A stretch of DNA of 64,000 bases from Patescibacteria group bacterium (GTDB lineage Bacteria; Patescibacteriota; Dojkabacteria; JAKAPS01). Position 1 is the first letter of the stretch; each line of letters opens with the position of its first letter. Below the pieces are notes generated by a model. That model searched no databases, was not told the origin of the DNA, and saw nothing but the letters and a program-made list of their open reading frames with translations. Shown here piece by piece: positions 11,397 through 22,422 of the stretch. The stretch spans positions 2,005 to 66,004 of the forward strand of contig JANWIC010000016.1 in assembly GCA_025450075.1 (NCBI GenBank), given 5' to 3'. Both the position numbers and the translations under genes were made by a program.

Positions 11397-11894
11397 ATGA
11401 TATAAAAGATATTTAAGATAAGAATTCTCAAAATGTCCTTTAAGAAGCATTCTCCAAGTAAAAAAAATATCAAGCAATTCTGCTTCTAAAATACTTCGAG
11501 AAATGCCTCTAATCATTCCTAATTCTACAAGCATAAATCTTGCTTCATTAAAAATTTCAATGGCATCTATATGGGGCATCTTTGCCATTTGTAAAATTCG
11601 ATTATCTCCATTATTTACGATTAACCAAAGAATTATATTACCCTCTTCATCAATTCGTGCTCGGCCGATACTTCGTAGGCATGTTGACGGGTGTAGTTTT
11701 CCTTCTTTAAGTTGAGATAATAAATCAGTAAAATTAGTTTCTACTTGTATTTCAGGTCCCATTGGTTCAGCAAAAATCTCAGCGATGGTTGGTATTCTTG
11801 TAGATTCTTGGTCACCTGCAATGAGAAAAGCACGAAGAGCATTACGGTCTACTTCTTGAGCTGGATGGAGATAGTAATCAGCTTTTAGTCCCAT
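11352..11894 (-). CDS. Hypothetical (orphan) protein
   Basis: 180-aa ORF with own promoter TTGTGA-17-TACAAT-6nt-ATG. Confidence 0.7.
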   Translation of the reverse strand: MGLKADYYLHPAQEVDRNALRAFLIAGDQESTRIPTIAEIFAEPMGPEIQVETNFTDLLSQLKEGKLHPSTCLRSIGRARIDEEGNIILWLIVNNGDNRILQMAKMPHIDAIEIFNEARFMLVELGMIRGISRSILEAELLDIFFTWRMLLKGHFENSYLKYLLYHLPGVGLPPTMGSEI

Positions 11895-11977
11895 AGCGAT
11901 ATTGTACTATATGATATTACATATCACAACAATACTCATTCTTGCAGCCACTACTAAAAATCCTATACAATGGTGAT
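11895..11977. promoter_or_regulatory. Divergent leaderless-type promoters (orphan gene and folD)
   Basis: Minus strand: TTGTGA-17-TACAAT-6nt-ATG(11894). Plus strand: TTGCAG-18-TACAAT-6nt-ATG(11978). Confidence 0.65.
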
Positions 11978-12871
11978 ATGGTTATTAATGGAAAAACAAT
12001 CGCAGAGGAAGTATATTCAGAGCTCCAAACGTTACTGGATCGATATGATGTGCCTCGAAAACCAAAAATTGCAATCCTACTCATTGGAAATCGTGAAGAC
12101 AGCTTGAAATATATCAAGGGAAAAATGCGTAAATGTGAAGAACTGGGATTTTTGTCCGAACTTTTGCAATTTGATGAGACAAGTGATGTTCATGATGTCG
12201 TTAAACAAATTGATGTGCTAAATCATGATGAAAGTATTGACGGAATCCTTGTCCAGATGCCGCTTCCTTATCTTTTTATCGAAAAGAATAAAGTCCCTCA
12301 TACGGAGAGTGTTACCAGATATATACTAGATAGTATCGATCCGAATAAAGATATTGATGGATTAACAGCAACAAATATTGGAAAATATGTCGCTCATGAT
12401 AAAACAGGTTTTATACCTGCAACTGCTCAAGGAGTAATGAAGATTCTCCAATACATCTCAATTGATCTTACCGGGAAACATGTTGTCATCATTGGTCGGA
12501 GCCTTATTGTCGGAAAACCTATTGCACAATTGTGTCTTGAGAAAAATGCAGGAGTAACCATGCTGCATTCCCACGTGTCAGATATTTCTTACTATACAAT
12601 GAGTGCTGATGTCATTATACTGGCGGCTGGAAAACCCAACCTTCTTAATCGTGAAATGGTACATGATCAGGCTGTTGTTATTGATGTAGGTATCAGCGTA
12701 ACAGATGGGAAACTTTATGGCGATGCAGATTTTAGTCAATTGCAGGATTATGTGAAAGCTATTACACCAGTTCCCGGAGGTGTCGGACCATTGACTATTG
12801 CATATATTATGTATAATTTAGGTAAAGCATATATATACAACAATGACAGCACGAAAAATTCAGTATCATGA
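11978..12871 (+). CDS. folD: Methylenetetrahydrofolate dehydrogenase/cyclohydrolase
   Basis: INGKTIA, GILVQMPLP, KDIDG, GRSLIVGKP, TPVPGGVGPLT. Confidence 0.96.
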   Translation: MVINGKTIAEEVYSELQTLLDRYDVPRKPKIAILLIGNREDSLKYIKGKMRKCEELGFLSELLQFDETSDVHDVVKQIDVLNHDESIDGILVQMPLPYLFIEKNKVPHTESVTRYILDSIDPNKDIDGLTATNIGKYVAHDKTGFIPATAQGVMKILQYISIDLTGKHVVIIGRSLIVGKPIAQLCLEKNAGVTMLHSHVSDISYYTMSADVIILAAGKPNLLNREMVHDQAVVIDVGISVTDGKLYGDADFSQLQDYVKAITPVPGGVGPLTIAYIMYNLGKAYIYNNDSTKNSVS

Positions 12872-13583
12872 AGAAGTCCGTCAGCAAAAAATGCTTTCAA
12901 TACTTAGAACAATTGTCTTTCTAAGTCTTTTTTTATGTTTTTGTATCGTTGCAATCTTTATTTTCTTTTTCTCTCCTCTTTTCCGAATTTCTCATATTAC
13001 TATTTTGGGTGAAAAATATGTGCAGGGAAGCCAGATTGAAAAATCTGTCTCTTATCTAATTCATCAACCGATTCTTCTTGCACAGGTTAATGTGCCGAGT
13101 TTGAAAAGTACGTATCCTCTCATTGAAAGTGTGAGTGTGGATAAGACATTTCCCTCAAATATTACCCTCCAAATCCATGAATATCCTCCAGTTGTATTGT
13201 TCCAGACCCAGTCATTAACGTATGTCGCCTCTACGAACGGGCAAATCATTGATCGGGTAGTAAATACCAGTAATAAATATAATCTGCCGCTTGTCGTATC
13301 AGAAGAAAATAATCCTGAAGCTATTCCGATGAAGGAAATTGCAGCATTTGTGCTGCAACTGGAAAATGATAAAAGTGAATTCATCACCAATTTTATATTT
13401 TTTCCTCCATATGAACTGGATGTAAGGACAGCATCTGGAAGAAGAATACGAATGTCATTGAATAAGGATAGTGGCGTTCAGATAAGCGAAATTGATGGGA
13501 TTAAAAAATATTTGGGAGAATCAAAATGTCTTTTGCTGGATATCAGATTTGACACGGTATTTTGTTCTGATGCCTCATCATAG
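12843..13583 (+). CDS. ftsQ: Cell division protein FtsQ/DivIB (POTRA domain)
   Basis: N-terminal TM, POTRA-like segment (VSVDKTFPSNITLQIHE), C-terminal LDIRF; upstream of ftsA-ftsZ. Confidence 0.85.
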   Translation: MTARKIQYHEEVRQQKMLSILRTIVFLSLFLCFCIVAIFIFFFSPLFRISHITILGEKYVQGSQIEKSVSYLIHQPILLAQVNVPSLKSTYPLIESVSVDKTFPSNITLQIHEYPPVVLFQTQSLTYVASTNGQIIDRVVNTSNKYNLPLVVSEENNPEAIPMKEIAAFVLQLENDKSEFITNFIFFPPYELDVRTASGRRIRMSLNKDSGVQISEIDGIKKYLGESKCLLLDIRFDTVFCSDASS

Positions 13584-13676
13584 TATAATGAGAAAAACTC
13601 AAGGGTAGTTTACAAATCCTCTTGATGTAAAAGCTTTTATTGTATATACTAGAACGTCTATATAAAAATTACCTAG

Positions 13677-14957
13677 ATGGCGAAAAAGTTACTGACTGTG
13701 ATCGACATAGGCTCCTCAAAGATCTGTACTGTAATTTCCAATATTGAAGAAGACGATAAGGTATCAGTCATCGGTGTGGCATCCTATCCTTCAAAAGGAA
13801 TCAAAAAAGGAGTTGTCATAAATATTGATGATGCGACTGATGCAATTGCAGAATGCTTGGAAGCAGCAGAGCGAATGGCAGGGGTTACTGTCTCTTCTGC
13901 AATTATCAGTATTGGTGGAAAACATATTGCAAGCACAAATAATAAAGGAGTTGTTGCTGTTTCAAAAGATGAAATTTCACCTGAAGATGTCGCACGTGCA
14001 ATTGAAAGCGCAAAAACCGTTTCAGTTCCCCCTTCCCGTGAAATATTACATGTGATTCCCCGTGAATTCATTCTTGATTCTCAAGGAGGAATAAAAGATC
14101 CGATTGGGATGAGCGGAATAAGGCTGGAAGTTGATACCCATATTATCTCTGCCACCTCAAGTGTTATGCATAATCTCTTAAAATGCGTGAACCAGGTAGG
14201 TTTGAGTGTCAGTGATGTGGTATTCGGCGGTTGGGTTGCAGCTGAAGCTGTCCTAACAAGTACGGAAAAAGAACTTGGCGTCATGCTTTTGGATATCGGA
14301 GGAGGTATTACAAATATCTGTATTTACCAGGATGAAGCTGTATTTTACAGTTCCAGTATCGATCTTGGAGGAAATAATATTACTAGTGATCTTGCCATTG
14401 GACTTCGATTGTCACTTACAGATGCTGAAAGGGTAAAATGCGAAGCAAATGTACTGGTAAAAAATGCTCGAGTAAGACGGGATAACACGAAGAAAAAATC
14501 AGAACATACCAAAGATGATGATAAGGATCTCATTTTAAATATTGCTGATCTTGGGATTGAAGGAGTTGGAACAAATGAAATACCTAAAGAGCTTTTTGAT
14601 GAAATCATTGATGCAAGACTTGAAGAAATATTTGATGCAGTGAAAGTACAACTTGCAAATTCAGGTGTATCAGCTAAATTTCCAGCAGGAATCGTCATTA
14701 CAGGTGGCACATCAAAACTTATTGATATTACAAAATCTGCTCAAAAATATTTATCTGGTCCGGTTCGGGTTGGATCTTCACAAGGATTATATGGCTTAAC
14801 CGATGAAATTACCGGCGCTGCTTATTCTGTTGTCCATGGTATGATACAATATGCAGTAAAATATGGAATAAATAATAAAGAGACAGGAAATTTTGGAGAT
14901 ACTTCCAAAAATATTGCAGATAGAGTAAAATCATGGATAAAATCTGTCATTCCGTAA
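13677..14957 (+). CDS. ftsA: Cell division protein FtsA
   Basis: [33 protein letters not shown]. Confidence 0.97.
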   Translation: MAKKLLTVIDIGSSKICTVISNIEEDDKVSVIGVASYPSKGIKKGVVINIDDATDAIAECLEAAERMAGVTVSSAIISIGGKHIASTNNKGVVAVSKDEISPEDVARAIESAKTVSVPPSREILHVIPREFILDSQGGIKDPIGMSGIRLEVDTHIISATSSVMHNLLKCVNQVGLSVSDVVFGGWVAAEAVLTSTEKELGVMLLDIGGGITNICIYQDEAVFYSSSIDLGGNNITSDLAIGLRLSLTDAERVKCEANVLVKNARVRRDNTKKKSEHTKDDDKDLILNIADLGIEGVGTNEIPKELFDEIIDARLEEIFDAVKVQLANSGVSAKFPAGIVITGGTSKLIDITKSAQKYLSGPVRVGSSQGLYGLTDEITGAAYSVVHGMIQYAVKYGINNKETGNFGDTSKNIADRVKSWIKSVIP

Positions 14958-14991
14958 ACACTGCTCACACTTTTTAGATTATACTAATACG

Positions 14992-16293
14992 ATGTTGATA
15001 CAACCAATTCTGGAGAGCAATGCAATAGCAAAAATTAAAGTTATTGGTGTAGGAGGAGGAGGAGGAAACGCAATTAATACTATGATCAAAGATCATAATA
15101 TTACCGGCGTTGAATTCATTGCTATTAATACTGATAAACAAGCACTTGATCAATCTCTTGCTGAAACAAAAATTCAAATAGGAACTGAACTTACCAAAGG
15201 TCTTGGATCAGGAGGGATGGCTTCTATTGGAAAACAAGCTGCAGAAGAAAGTGTAGATCTTATCCATGATGCACTGCAAGGTGCTGATATGGTATTTGTT
15301 ACGTGCGGTATGGGTGGTGGAACCGGAACTGGAGCTTCCCCTGTCGTTGCAGGTGTAGCAAGAAATCTTGGAGCTTTAACGGTTGGTGTTGTCACAAAGC
15401 CTTTTCTATTTGAAGGAAAAAGAAGACTTTCATCAGCACTGGAAGGAATTGATGAACTGAAAAATAAAGTCGATACCCTTATTGTTGTGCCAAACCAGAG
15501 AATACTTGAAATAATTGACAGGAAAGTCAGCTTTTTGGAAGCAATGAAACAAGTTGATAATGTTCTTGGCCACGGTGTCAAAAGTATTTCAGACCTGATC
15601 ACAAAACCAGGTATGATTAATGTTGATTTTGCAGATGTAAAGAGCATCATGAGTGAAGCAGGTACTGCATTAATGGGAATGGGTGTAGCAGAAGGTGAAA
15701 ACAGGGCAGTCGTTGCTACAAAGAACGCAATTAATAGTCCACTTCTTGAACTTTCCATTAACGGAGCAACCGGAATCCTTTTCAGTGTTACTGGTGGAGC
15801 TGATTTGTCGATGCTTGAAATAGATGAAGCAGCGCAACTCATTTCACAAAATGTTGACCCGAATGCAAATATCATTTTTGGAGCAACCATTAATGAAGAA
15901 ATGGCTGACGGATCAGTAAGTGTGATTGTTATCGCAACCGGATTTGATTCACTTTCAAGCGTTAAACATGATCTGATTTCAACCGATAGGACAATCCGAA
16001 TTGAACAGACACAGCAAAAGGTACAGGAAGAACTTTTTAATAAACCAAGAACTGAAAATGTTATTGAGCAAGAGACATATATTGAAGAAAAGGAAGAAAC
16101 TGTTATTGAAGAAACACCGGAAAGAAATGATGTTGTCCGACAGTCAAATGAAAAAACAGAAGAAAAGGCTCCTGAACAAAAACCTGAACCTGCTGAAGAA
16201 GCACCTCAGCCCAAAAAACAAAACCCACTTTTGGATGATGATGGCCAGATCCCTTCTTTCTTGAAAAGAAGATTTATGAATGGCCAGAATTAA
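14992..16293 (+). CDS. ftsZ: Cell division protein FtsZ
   Basis: [18 protein letters not shown] tubulin signature, NVDFAD, acidic linker, IPSFLKR tail. Confidence 0.99.
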   Translation: MLIQPILESNAIAKIKVIGVGGGGGNAINTMIKDHNITGVEFIAINTDKQALDQSLAETKIQIGTELTKGLGSGGMASIGKQAAEESVDLIHDALQGADMVFVTCGMGGGTGTGASPVVAGVARNLGALTVGVVTKPFLFEGKRRLSSALEGIDELKNKVDTLIVVPNQRILEIIDRKVSFLEAMKQVDNVLGHGVKSISDLITKPGMINVDFADVKSIMSEAGTALMGMGVAEGENRAVVATKNAINSPLLELSINGATGILFSVTGGADLSMLEIDEAAQLISQNVDPNANIIFGATINEEMADGSVSVIVIATGFDSLSSVKHDLISTDRTIRIEQTQQKVQEELFNKPRTENVIEQETYIEEKEETVIEETPERNDVVRQSNEKTEEKAPEQKPEPAEEAPQPKKQNPLLDDDGQIPSFLKRRFMNGQN

Positions 16294-16299
16294 TATCTC

Positions 16300-17310
16300 A
16301 TGAACACTCCTGCACTTGCCTATACAGATATGTTCGTAAAAAATCTCCTGTCTATCACGGAGTCGAATGTCAGTTTACAGGATGCTTTCCAGGAAATTGA
16401 TAAAAATAATCCAAAATTTATTGAACTAGAAGAGACACTTAAAAGTGAGATACTTTTTCAATATATGCATTGTATAAATATTAGTATAGCATTTAAGGAC
16501 AGCAGAAAGTTTGCGCTTGGAATGAATAAACCTCCTGAAAATAGCAAAGAGCGGATGATGCTTAATATCCGAAATGTCCTTGATTATATCAATGCCTCAT
16601 TTACCAATGAGCGATTTGGTCTCCCTCTACTCGTACATTTGAATAAACTTGCTCTTGATGATATTAAAGATGTTTGGGAAATATCTAAGATGATAGTCAG
16701 CGAAGGAGAAATTGACTCATCGTTTGATTTTGAGAACAAGGATAAAGTAGTTATGCAAAATGATATGCCTTCATATATAAGATCTCTTGAAGATTATCTT
16801 GCAACAGCTCAACAGCCTGACATGGTAAAAATTGCAATGATTTTTTATGAAGTATCCCACTCACATTTATTTGCTTGCGGAAATGATGCCACAGCGCTTG
16901 CAATGATGCTATTTATGTATAGGAAAATCGGACTTCATCCGTATATAAACTTCAGTAAATGTTTGAACAATTTACAGCATGTTAGACAAAAAACAATGGA
17001 TGCCGAAAGTATGGAAGTTTGGCTTGAGATGTTCTTTTTTGAACTTGCAAAAGAAACAAAAGAATTACGATCACGCTTTTCCCCATTTCTTGAAGAAGTC
17101 CGAGTAGAACATACATCCTATGTCGACCTAAACCTCCGACAAATTAAAGGCCTTGCATATATAAAAGAAAAAGGAAAAATAAGTAGAGAAATTTATGGAC
17201 GCCTTAATAACGTCTCTCAGATTACCTCTTATCGCGATCTTACGGGACTTCTACAAAAAGGATATGTTCGAGTAGAAGGGATTGGTAAAGGAACAAAGTA
17301 TGTATTGTAA
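16300..17310 (+). CDS. Degenerate Fic-domain protein with C-terminal winged HTH
   Basis: HLFACGNDATA aligns to Fic HPFxDGNGRxxR; LNLRQ...RDLTGLLQKG...GKGTKY wHTH tail. Confidence 0.7.
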   Translation: MNTPALAYTDMFVKNLLSITESNVSLQDAFQEIDKNNPKFIELEETLKSEILFQYMHCINISIAFKDSRKFALGMNKPPENSKERMMLNIRNVLDYINASFTNERFGLPLLVHLNKLALDDIKDVWEISKMIVSEGEIDSSFDFENKDKVVMQNDMPSYIRSLEDYLATAQQPDMVKIAMIFYEVSHSHLFACGNDATALAMMLFMYRKIGLHPYINFSKCLNNLQHVRQKTMDAESMEVWLEMFFFELAKETKELRSRFSPFLEEVRVEHTSYVDLNLRQIKGLAYIKEKGKISREIYGRLNNVSQITSYRDLTGLLQKGYVRVEGIGKGTKYVL

Positions 17311-17366
17311 AGCTTGACTATAGGGACACTATAGGCTACAATTGATGTCGCATTATTAAAAATTTT

Positions 17367-17723
17367 ATGTCAGATTTAGCTAATCCGGAAAAATGGCCAA
17401 TGCCAGGTGAACCATTGGAACCACACGGGAATCATGATATAGCAACATTTATTAAAGATACAGATGAGGCTATTGCAGGACAGAGAAGAAATAGATTAAT
17501 TATGGCTCGACTTGGGGAAGTCGCGAGTTTTGTAGTACCTGCTGGGGGAGGGTTGATTCTATCAAAAAATGATAATGCTTGCGAAGTAGTTAGTGTGATA
17601 GCTGCAATTGCGGTTTGTAGATTTGCGGTACGCATGACTGAAAGATACATAACTCCGTGGATAAATTCCCGCGCACAAGATAAACTGCGAAGAAGAGATA
17701 ATCGTGCTCGGCTTTATCATTAA
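17367..17723 (+). CDS. Hypothetical (orphan) protein with two hydrophobic segments
   Basis: 118-aa ORF with upstream TTGACT-17-TACAAT promoter. Confidence 0.65.
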   Translation: MSDLANPEKWPMPGEPLEPHGNHDIATFIKDTDEAIAGQRRNRLIMARLGEVASFVVPAGGGLILSKNDNACEVVSVIAAIAVCRFAVRMTERYITPWINSRAQDKLRRRDNRARLYH

Positions 17724-18520
17724 GATTTAAGCACCTTATCTAGTTCCTGTTGGAAAGTAGAGTATGGATATGCTCCAAAGATAACATGTCCAGTTACAGT
17801 ATTTTTCTTGTGATCAATTTTTCCAATTAAGATAGTTGGTGTTCCTTGTACTCCGAGCTTGTTTCCTTGATCCATATCAGTATTCACATCATTTTGGTAT
17901 TTTGCATTTGTCAGACAATCATTAAATTGTGATGTATTAAGTCCCAGGTCTGATGCGTATTGTTCAATTTTTGTTGCATCATTAGTGCTTTGGTCTGTTG
18001 TATATAACTTATCATGCATTTCCCAGTATTTCCCCTGTTCTCCTGCACATCGTGCGCCTAATGCTCCAACCATTGCATTCGGATGAATGGAAGTAAGTGG
18101 AAAATCTTTAAATACATGGAATACTTTTCCGTTATCAAAATAGTTTTGGTGCAGTGAAGGAAGTGTGCTTTGGAATAGCTGTTGGCAATATGGGCATTGG
18201 TAATCGCTAAATTCTATAAAAGCAACTTTTGCATTTGCATTCCCTTGTGTATTTGCATCCGCAAGCGAGACGGTATATGTTTGGGTAGAAACAGCTGCCT
18301 GAGTCGGAGTAGCTGTAGTTGCCGTTGCAGCAGCTAAACTTGTAGCATTTGCAATATTTGCTGCCCGTCCATTATATAGGATAGCTCCTGCTACGATGGC
18401 TCCGGCTACAATAATGCTTAATGGAATTAAAAATGGATTTGGTCTGTATTCTTTACGAGGTTTTTCTTCTATAATATTTTCAATTTCAATGAATGTTTCT
18501 TCTTCCTTCTTTCTCTTCAT
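17720..18520 (-). CDS. DsbA/BdbD-family thiol-disulfide oxidoreductase
   Basis: FSDYQCPYC, DFPL, GVQGTPT; TM anchor. Start reassigned to MKRKKEE (18520). Confidence 0.92.
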   Translation of the reverse strand: MKRKKEEETFIEIENIIEEKPRKEYRPNPFLIPLSIIVAGAIVAGAILYNGRAANIANATSLAAATATTATPTQAAVSTQTYTVSLADANTQGNANAKVAFIEFSDYQCPYCQQLFQSTLPSLHQNYFDNGKVFHVFKDFPLTSIHPNAMVGALGARCAGEQGKYWEMHDKLYTTDQSTNDATKIEQYASDLGLNTSQFNDCLTNAKYQNDVNTDMDQGNKLGVQGTPTILIGKIDHKKNTVTGHVIFGAYPYSTFQQELDKVLKS

Positions 18521-18630
18521 AAACGATTGGGATAATATACCTGCACCATTTTTACATATTATGTAGGGTATGTCAAAGTTTGACATGCATCCTTTTTGTG
18601 CTATATCATCCATATGTTTAATCATTTCCA

Positions 18631-18918
18631 ATGAAACTGACACGTACAGAACTAAAACATCTTGAAGGGCTTTCTCGAATTGCAATTGATGCGTCTAAAG
18701 AAGAAGAATACTTTAAAAAATTAAGCACGATTGTTGATTATATCAGTGTTCTTTCAAAAGTTGACACGGAAGGCATAAAACCGACATCTCAGGTAACTAA
18801 TCTTGAAAAAGGACTTCGAGATGATGAAGTTACACCTAGTATGAGCCAGGAAGATGTTTTGAAAAATTCAAAACATACATGGAAAGGATATTTTAAAATT
18901 CCAAAAGTTATTGAATAA
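18631..18918 (+). CDS. gatC: Asp/Glu-tRNA amidotransferase subunit C
   Basis: LSRI, VDTEGIKPT, LRDDEV, GYFKIPKVI; precedes gatA. Confidence 0.95.
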   Translation: MKLTRTELKHLEGLSRIAIDASKEEEYFKKLSTIVDYISVLSKVDTEGIKPTSQVTNLEKGLRDDEVTPSMSQEDVLKNSKHTWKGYFKIPKVIE

Positions 18919-20356
18919 TATGATAAAAACGCTGCAAGACAAATTGAAAAACAAAGAAATTTCCAGCAGGGAACTTGCTGAGGAATATTTTCGTAATATC
19001 GAAAAATATGATCCTACATTGCAGGCATTTATGACGGTTACTCCTGAAAGAGGATTTGAAACAGCTGAGGAAATTGATAAGGCAGGGGTATATGAAGGTG
19101 TCTCTGGAATTCCAATGGCATTAAAAGACAATATCAGCGTTAAGGATATCCGTTTGACCGCTTCTTCCAGAATGCTTGAAGAATATATTTCCCCATATGA
19201 TGCTACAGTGGTAAAAAGACTGAAAGGCGGATTATTAATGGGAAAAACTAACCTAGATGCTTTTGCATTCGGAGCTTCTACTGAAAACTCTGGGTATATG
19301 GTAACAAAAAATCCATGGAATACAAAAAAAGTTGCAGGTGGATCAAGCGGAGGAAGTGCCGCAGCTGTTGCATCAGGAATGGCAGTATTCGCATTAGGGA
19401 CAGATACTGGCGGATCAATCCGTCAGCCTGCAGGATTTTGCGGTGTTGTAGGGTTAAAACCCACATATGGCCGATCTTCCCGTTATGGGTTAGCTGCTAT
19501 GGGATCTTCACTGGATTGTCCTGGTCCGATTACTACATCAGTTGAAGATGCAGCAATTGTACTGCAGCTAATCTCTGGAGTTGATCCGATGGATGCAACA
19601 AGTGTAGACATTCAGGTTCCTGATTTTAGGGTATTTGAAAGTATAAAAGGGAAAAAGGCAGGATTACCGAAAGAATTTTTTGATCCCTCTCTTGTTGAAG
19701 GACTTGATGCTGGTGTTAAAGAACAGGTTCTTGCAACTGTTAAACGATTACAAAAACTTGGAGTTGAAATCGTTGAAGTTTCAATGCCCTATTCTGTTTT
19801 TGCTCTCCCAGTCTACTATATCATTACCCCATCTGAGATCAGTGCAAATATGACCCGGTATGATGGTATCCGTTATGGTCATACAACGCTGCATCCTGAA
19901 GATTTACTTGACTTGTACAAAACGAGTCGTGCCTCTTTTGAAGATGAGGTAAAGCGAAGAATATTTGTTGGAAACTATGCACTTTCATCCGGATATTATG
20001 ATGCATATTACAACAAAGCAATGCAGGTACGAACACTTATCATTGAAGAAATGCATAAAACATTTGAGAAAGTTGATTTCATTGTTGGCCCTACTTCACC
20101 TACTCCAGCATTTGGTATTGGAGAAAATACGGATAATCCAGTTTCCATGTATTTGGAGGATATATATACCGTTACGGCAAACATTGCAGGTGTCCCTGCG
20201 ATATCCATTCCATGCGGTTTATCAGATGGACTTCCGGTAGGATTCCAGATCATTGCCAAACAGTTTGATGAAAAAACTATTCTTGATGTTTCATTTGCAC
20301 TGGAGCAGGATATTGCATTTGCGAAATCATATACACTAGATTTAACCAAGTTATGA
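18911..20356 (+). CDS. gatA: Asp/Glu-tRNA amidotransferase subunit A
   Basis: Amidase signature GGSSGGSAAAVA, GTDTGGSIRQPA. Confidence 0.98.
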   Translation: MNNMIKTLQDKLKNKEISSRELAEEYFRNIEKYDPTLQAFMTVTPERGFETAEEIDKAGVYEGVSGIPMALKDNISVKDIRLTASSRMLEEYISPYDATVVKRLKGGLLMGKTNLDAFAFGASTENSGYMVTKNPWNTKKVAGGSSGGSAAAVASGMAVFALGTDTGGSIRQPAGFCGVVGLKPTYGRSSRYGLAAMGSSLDCPGPITTSVEDAAIVLQLISGVDPMDATSVDIQVPDFRVFESIKGKKAGLPKEFFDPSLVEGLDAGVKEQVLATVKRLQKLGVEIVEVSMPYSVFALPVYYIITPSEISANMTRYDGIRYGHTTLHPEDLLDLYKTSRASFEDEVKRRIFVGNYALSSGYYDAYYNKAMQVRTLIIEEMHKTFEKVDFIVGPTSPTPAFGIGENTDNPVSMYLEDIYTVTANIAGVPAISIPCGLSDGLPVGFQIIAKQFDEKTILDVSFALEQDIAFAKSYTLDLTKL

Positions 20357-21816
20357 AAATTCGACCAATCATAGGGCTGGAAATTCATGTCCAGCTTAAA
20401 ACAAAATCAAAAATGTTTTGCGGATGCAGTGCACAATATTTTGGTGCGGAACCAAATACGCATATGTGTCCTGTTTGTCTTGCACTTCCAGGAGCTCTTC
20501 CGCGTGCAAACAAAAAAGCGTTGGAGAATGCTATTAAGGTTGGGATTGCACTTCATTGCCGCATTAACAACTTCTCAAAATTTGATCGCAAAAACTATAT
20601 GTATCCTGATCTTTTTAAAGGATACCAGATTACCCAATATGAAATTCCAATTTGTGAGGAAGGATATGTTGACTTGAAAAGAGGAGACGGATCTGCTCTT
20701 CGAGTTGGAATCATTCGTGCACACCAGGAAGAAGATACCGCAAAATCTATTCATGAAGATGGATACACGTTAGTTGATGGGAATAAGGCGGGAGTACCGC
20801 TTCTTGAAATTGTTTCTGCTCCAGATATGACATCTGTCGAAGATGCAACATTATTTGCTGAATATGTTTACACAACACTTCGCTTTATAGGTGTGTCGGA
20901 CTGTGATATGGAAAAGGGACAGATGCGGTTTGATGTGAATGTAAATGTTGAGATTGAACAAGATGAAAAAGATGGTAGAACAGAAAAGATAGCAACGCCA
21001 ATTGTAGAGATTAAGAACTTAAACTCTTTTCGATCAATGCAGCGTGCTTTAGCCTATGAGATTTCTAGACAGCAGGAAGAATATGAAAAGACAGGAATAG
21101 CTTTTGGGAAAGGAAACAAGACAACACGTGGATGGAGTGATGATAAAGGACATACATATTTGCTTCGATCAAAAGAAGAGGCTGAAGATTATCGATATTT
21201 TCCTGATCCCGATTTACCCCCAGTTGTTTTTAGTGATGAAGAAATAGAACAACTGAAAAATGAAATAGGAAAACTACCACATGAAATTCAACAAGAATAT
21301 ATATCTCTGGGACTTAATGCAGATACAGCACTTTATATGACTTCTGCACGAAGTTTATTTGCATATTTTGAAATAGGTAGAAAAATATATAACAAAGAAA
21401 AAAATCTGGCAAATTGGATGAAAGGTGATCTTGCATTTGCCATAAGCCAAAGAGGATTGGATGTGAAAGATATTCAGAAGATTTTGCCGGTTGACCAATT
21501 AGTTGGACTTTTACAGCAGATTGATTCTGGTGTCATTTCCCATACAGCAGGAAAAGAAGTGCTTGCTGATATGCTTGATACCCATGAAAGCGCCGAATCT
21601 ATAATTTCAAAAAAAGGACTGGCACAGGTTGGAGATAGTGATGAAATGAAGGTGATTGTAGAGAAAGTAATTGGAATGAACGAGTCAGCTGTAATAAATT
21701 ACAAAGCAGGGAAAAGCGGTGCCCTGATGTTTTTAGTAGGACAGGTTATGAAAGAGATGAAAGGTAAAGGAAATCCAGCTGTAATTACCTCTTTAATCGA
21801 ATCCATATTACAATAA
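20353..21816 (+). CDS. gatB: Asp/Glu-tRNA amidotransferase subunit B
   Basis: IGLEIHVQL, FDRKNYMYPDL, YRYFPDPDL, FLVGQVMK. Confidence 0.98.
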   Translation: MKIRPIIGLEIHVQLKTKSKMFCGCSAQYFGAEPNTHMCPVCLALPGALPRANKKALENAIKVGIALHCRINNFSKFDRKNYMYPDLFKGYQITQYEIPICEEGYVDLKRGDGSALRVGIIRAHQEEDTAKSIHEDGYTLVDGNKAGVPLLEIVSAPDMTSVEDATLFAEYVYTTLRFIGVSDCDMEKGQMRFDVNVNVEIEQDEKDGRTEKIATPIVEIKNLNSFRSMQRALAYEISRQQEEYEKTGIAFGKGNKTTRGWSDDKGHTYLLRSKEEAEDYRYFPDPDLPPVVFSDEEIEQLKNEIGKLPHEIQQEYISLGLNADTALYMTSARSLFAYFEIGRKIYNKEKNLANWMKGDLAFAISQRGLDVKDIQKILPVDQLVGLLQQIDSGVISHTAGKEVLADMLDTHESAESIISKKGLAQVGDSDEMKVIVEKVIGMNESAVINYKAGKSGALMFLVGQVMKEMKGKGNPAVITSLIESILQ

Positions 21817-21820
21817 GCAT

Positions 21821-22417
21821 ATGAGAACTGCTGCCCGCCCATCATTTTTACCTACCATGATTCATTTTGGAAAAAAGGTACTGATTTCATTAAGTCTATT
21901 CATCTCCTTTTTCGCTTTCCCTCTCCATTCTGCACTTGCCCAATCAGTTGGAGTGAATGTAGGGTATGGTGTCCAATCATTGTTTAACAACCAGATCCCT
22001 CTCGATATGAATGTGACATCCCCTACCAGTTTTGATCAGGTTCGAGTTCAATGGATTATCCCTTTCGGGCTTGCTTCTGTTGCCGGGGAAACAACGGATT
22101 TTAGTTCTCCGCTTCTTGCAGATACTCCTCTTTATGATCATTATGTAGTTATCCCACAATACCAGGGAAGATATGCAGTAACCGTCAATGTTTCAGGGGT
22201 GTACTCAAATGGCCTCCAATTTAGCCGCAGCGCAACAGTATATTTAGATATTGACTCAAGCATGAATCTGGCTAATAATATGGGAGACCGGAACCTCAGA
22301 AGATTAGTATACGTTTTAATCTCACTACTTTGTTTACCAGTGTTTGTTATCATAATGAAAAGTGCGTACAAGAGTGTAAAAGAACGATTTGAATTGTGGC
22401 TAAATAAAGAAGCATAA
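21821..22417 (+). CDS. Hypothetical exported protein, beta-rich domain with C-terminal TM
   Basis: Signal peptide (SALAQ), beta-rich middle, C-terminal hydrophobic helix; within the gatCAB-dnaE run. Confidence 0.7.
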   Translation: MRTAARPSFLPTMIHFGKKVLISLSLFISFFAFPLHSALAQSVGVNVGYGVQSLFNNQIPLDMNVTSPTSFDQVRVQWIIPFGLASVAGETTDFSSPLLADTPLYDHYVVIPQYQGRYAVTVNVSGVYSNGLQFSRSATVYLDIDSSMNLANNMGDRNLRRLVYVLISLLCLPVFVIIMKSAYKSVKERFELWLNKEA

Positions 22418-22422
22418 AATCC

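Noticed and set aside
15174..15890. 238-aa antisense ORF within ftsZ, and similar shadow ORFs in uvrA, ftsA, gatA, dnaE, atpD, mscS and korA
   Set aside because: Antisense shadows of conserved genes with no motifs or independent expression signals.
17316..17336. CTATAG-N5-CTATAG dyad in the promoter spacer of the 17367 orphan
   Set aside because: Short, single occurrence in AT-rich DNA; not enough support for an operator call.
18570..18586. Palindrome ATGTCAAAGTTTGACAT as a possible operator
   Set aside because: Explained by two back-to-back TTGACA -35 elements of the divergent dsbA-like and gatC promoters.
18521..18685. N-terminal extension of the DsbA ORF
   Set aside because: It overlaps gatC and the divergent promoter region.
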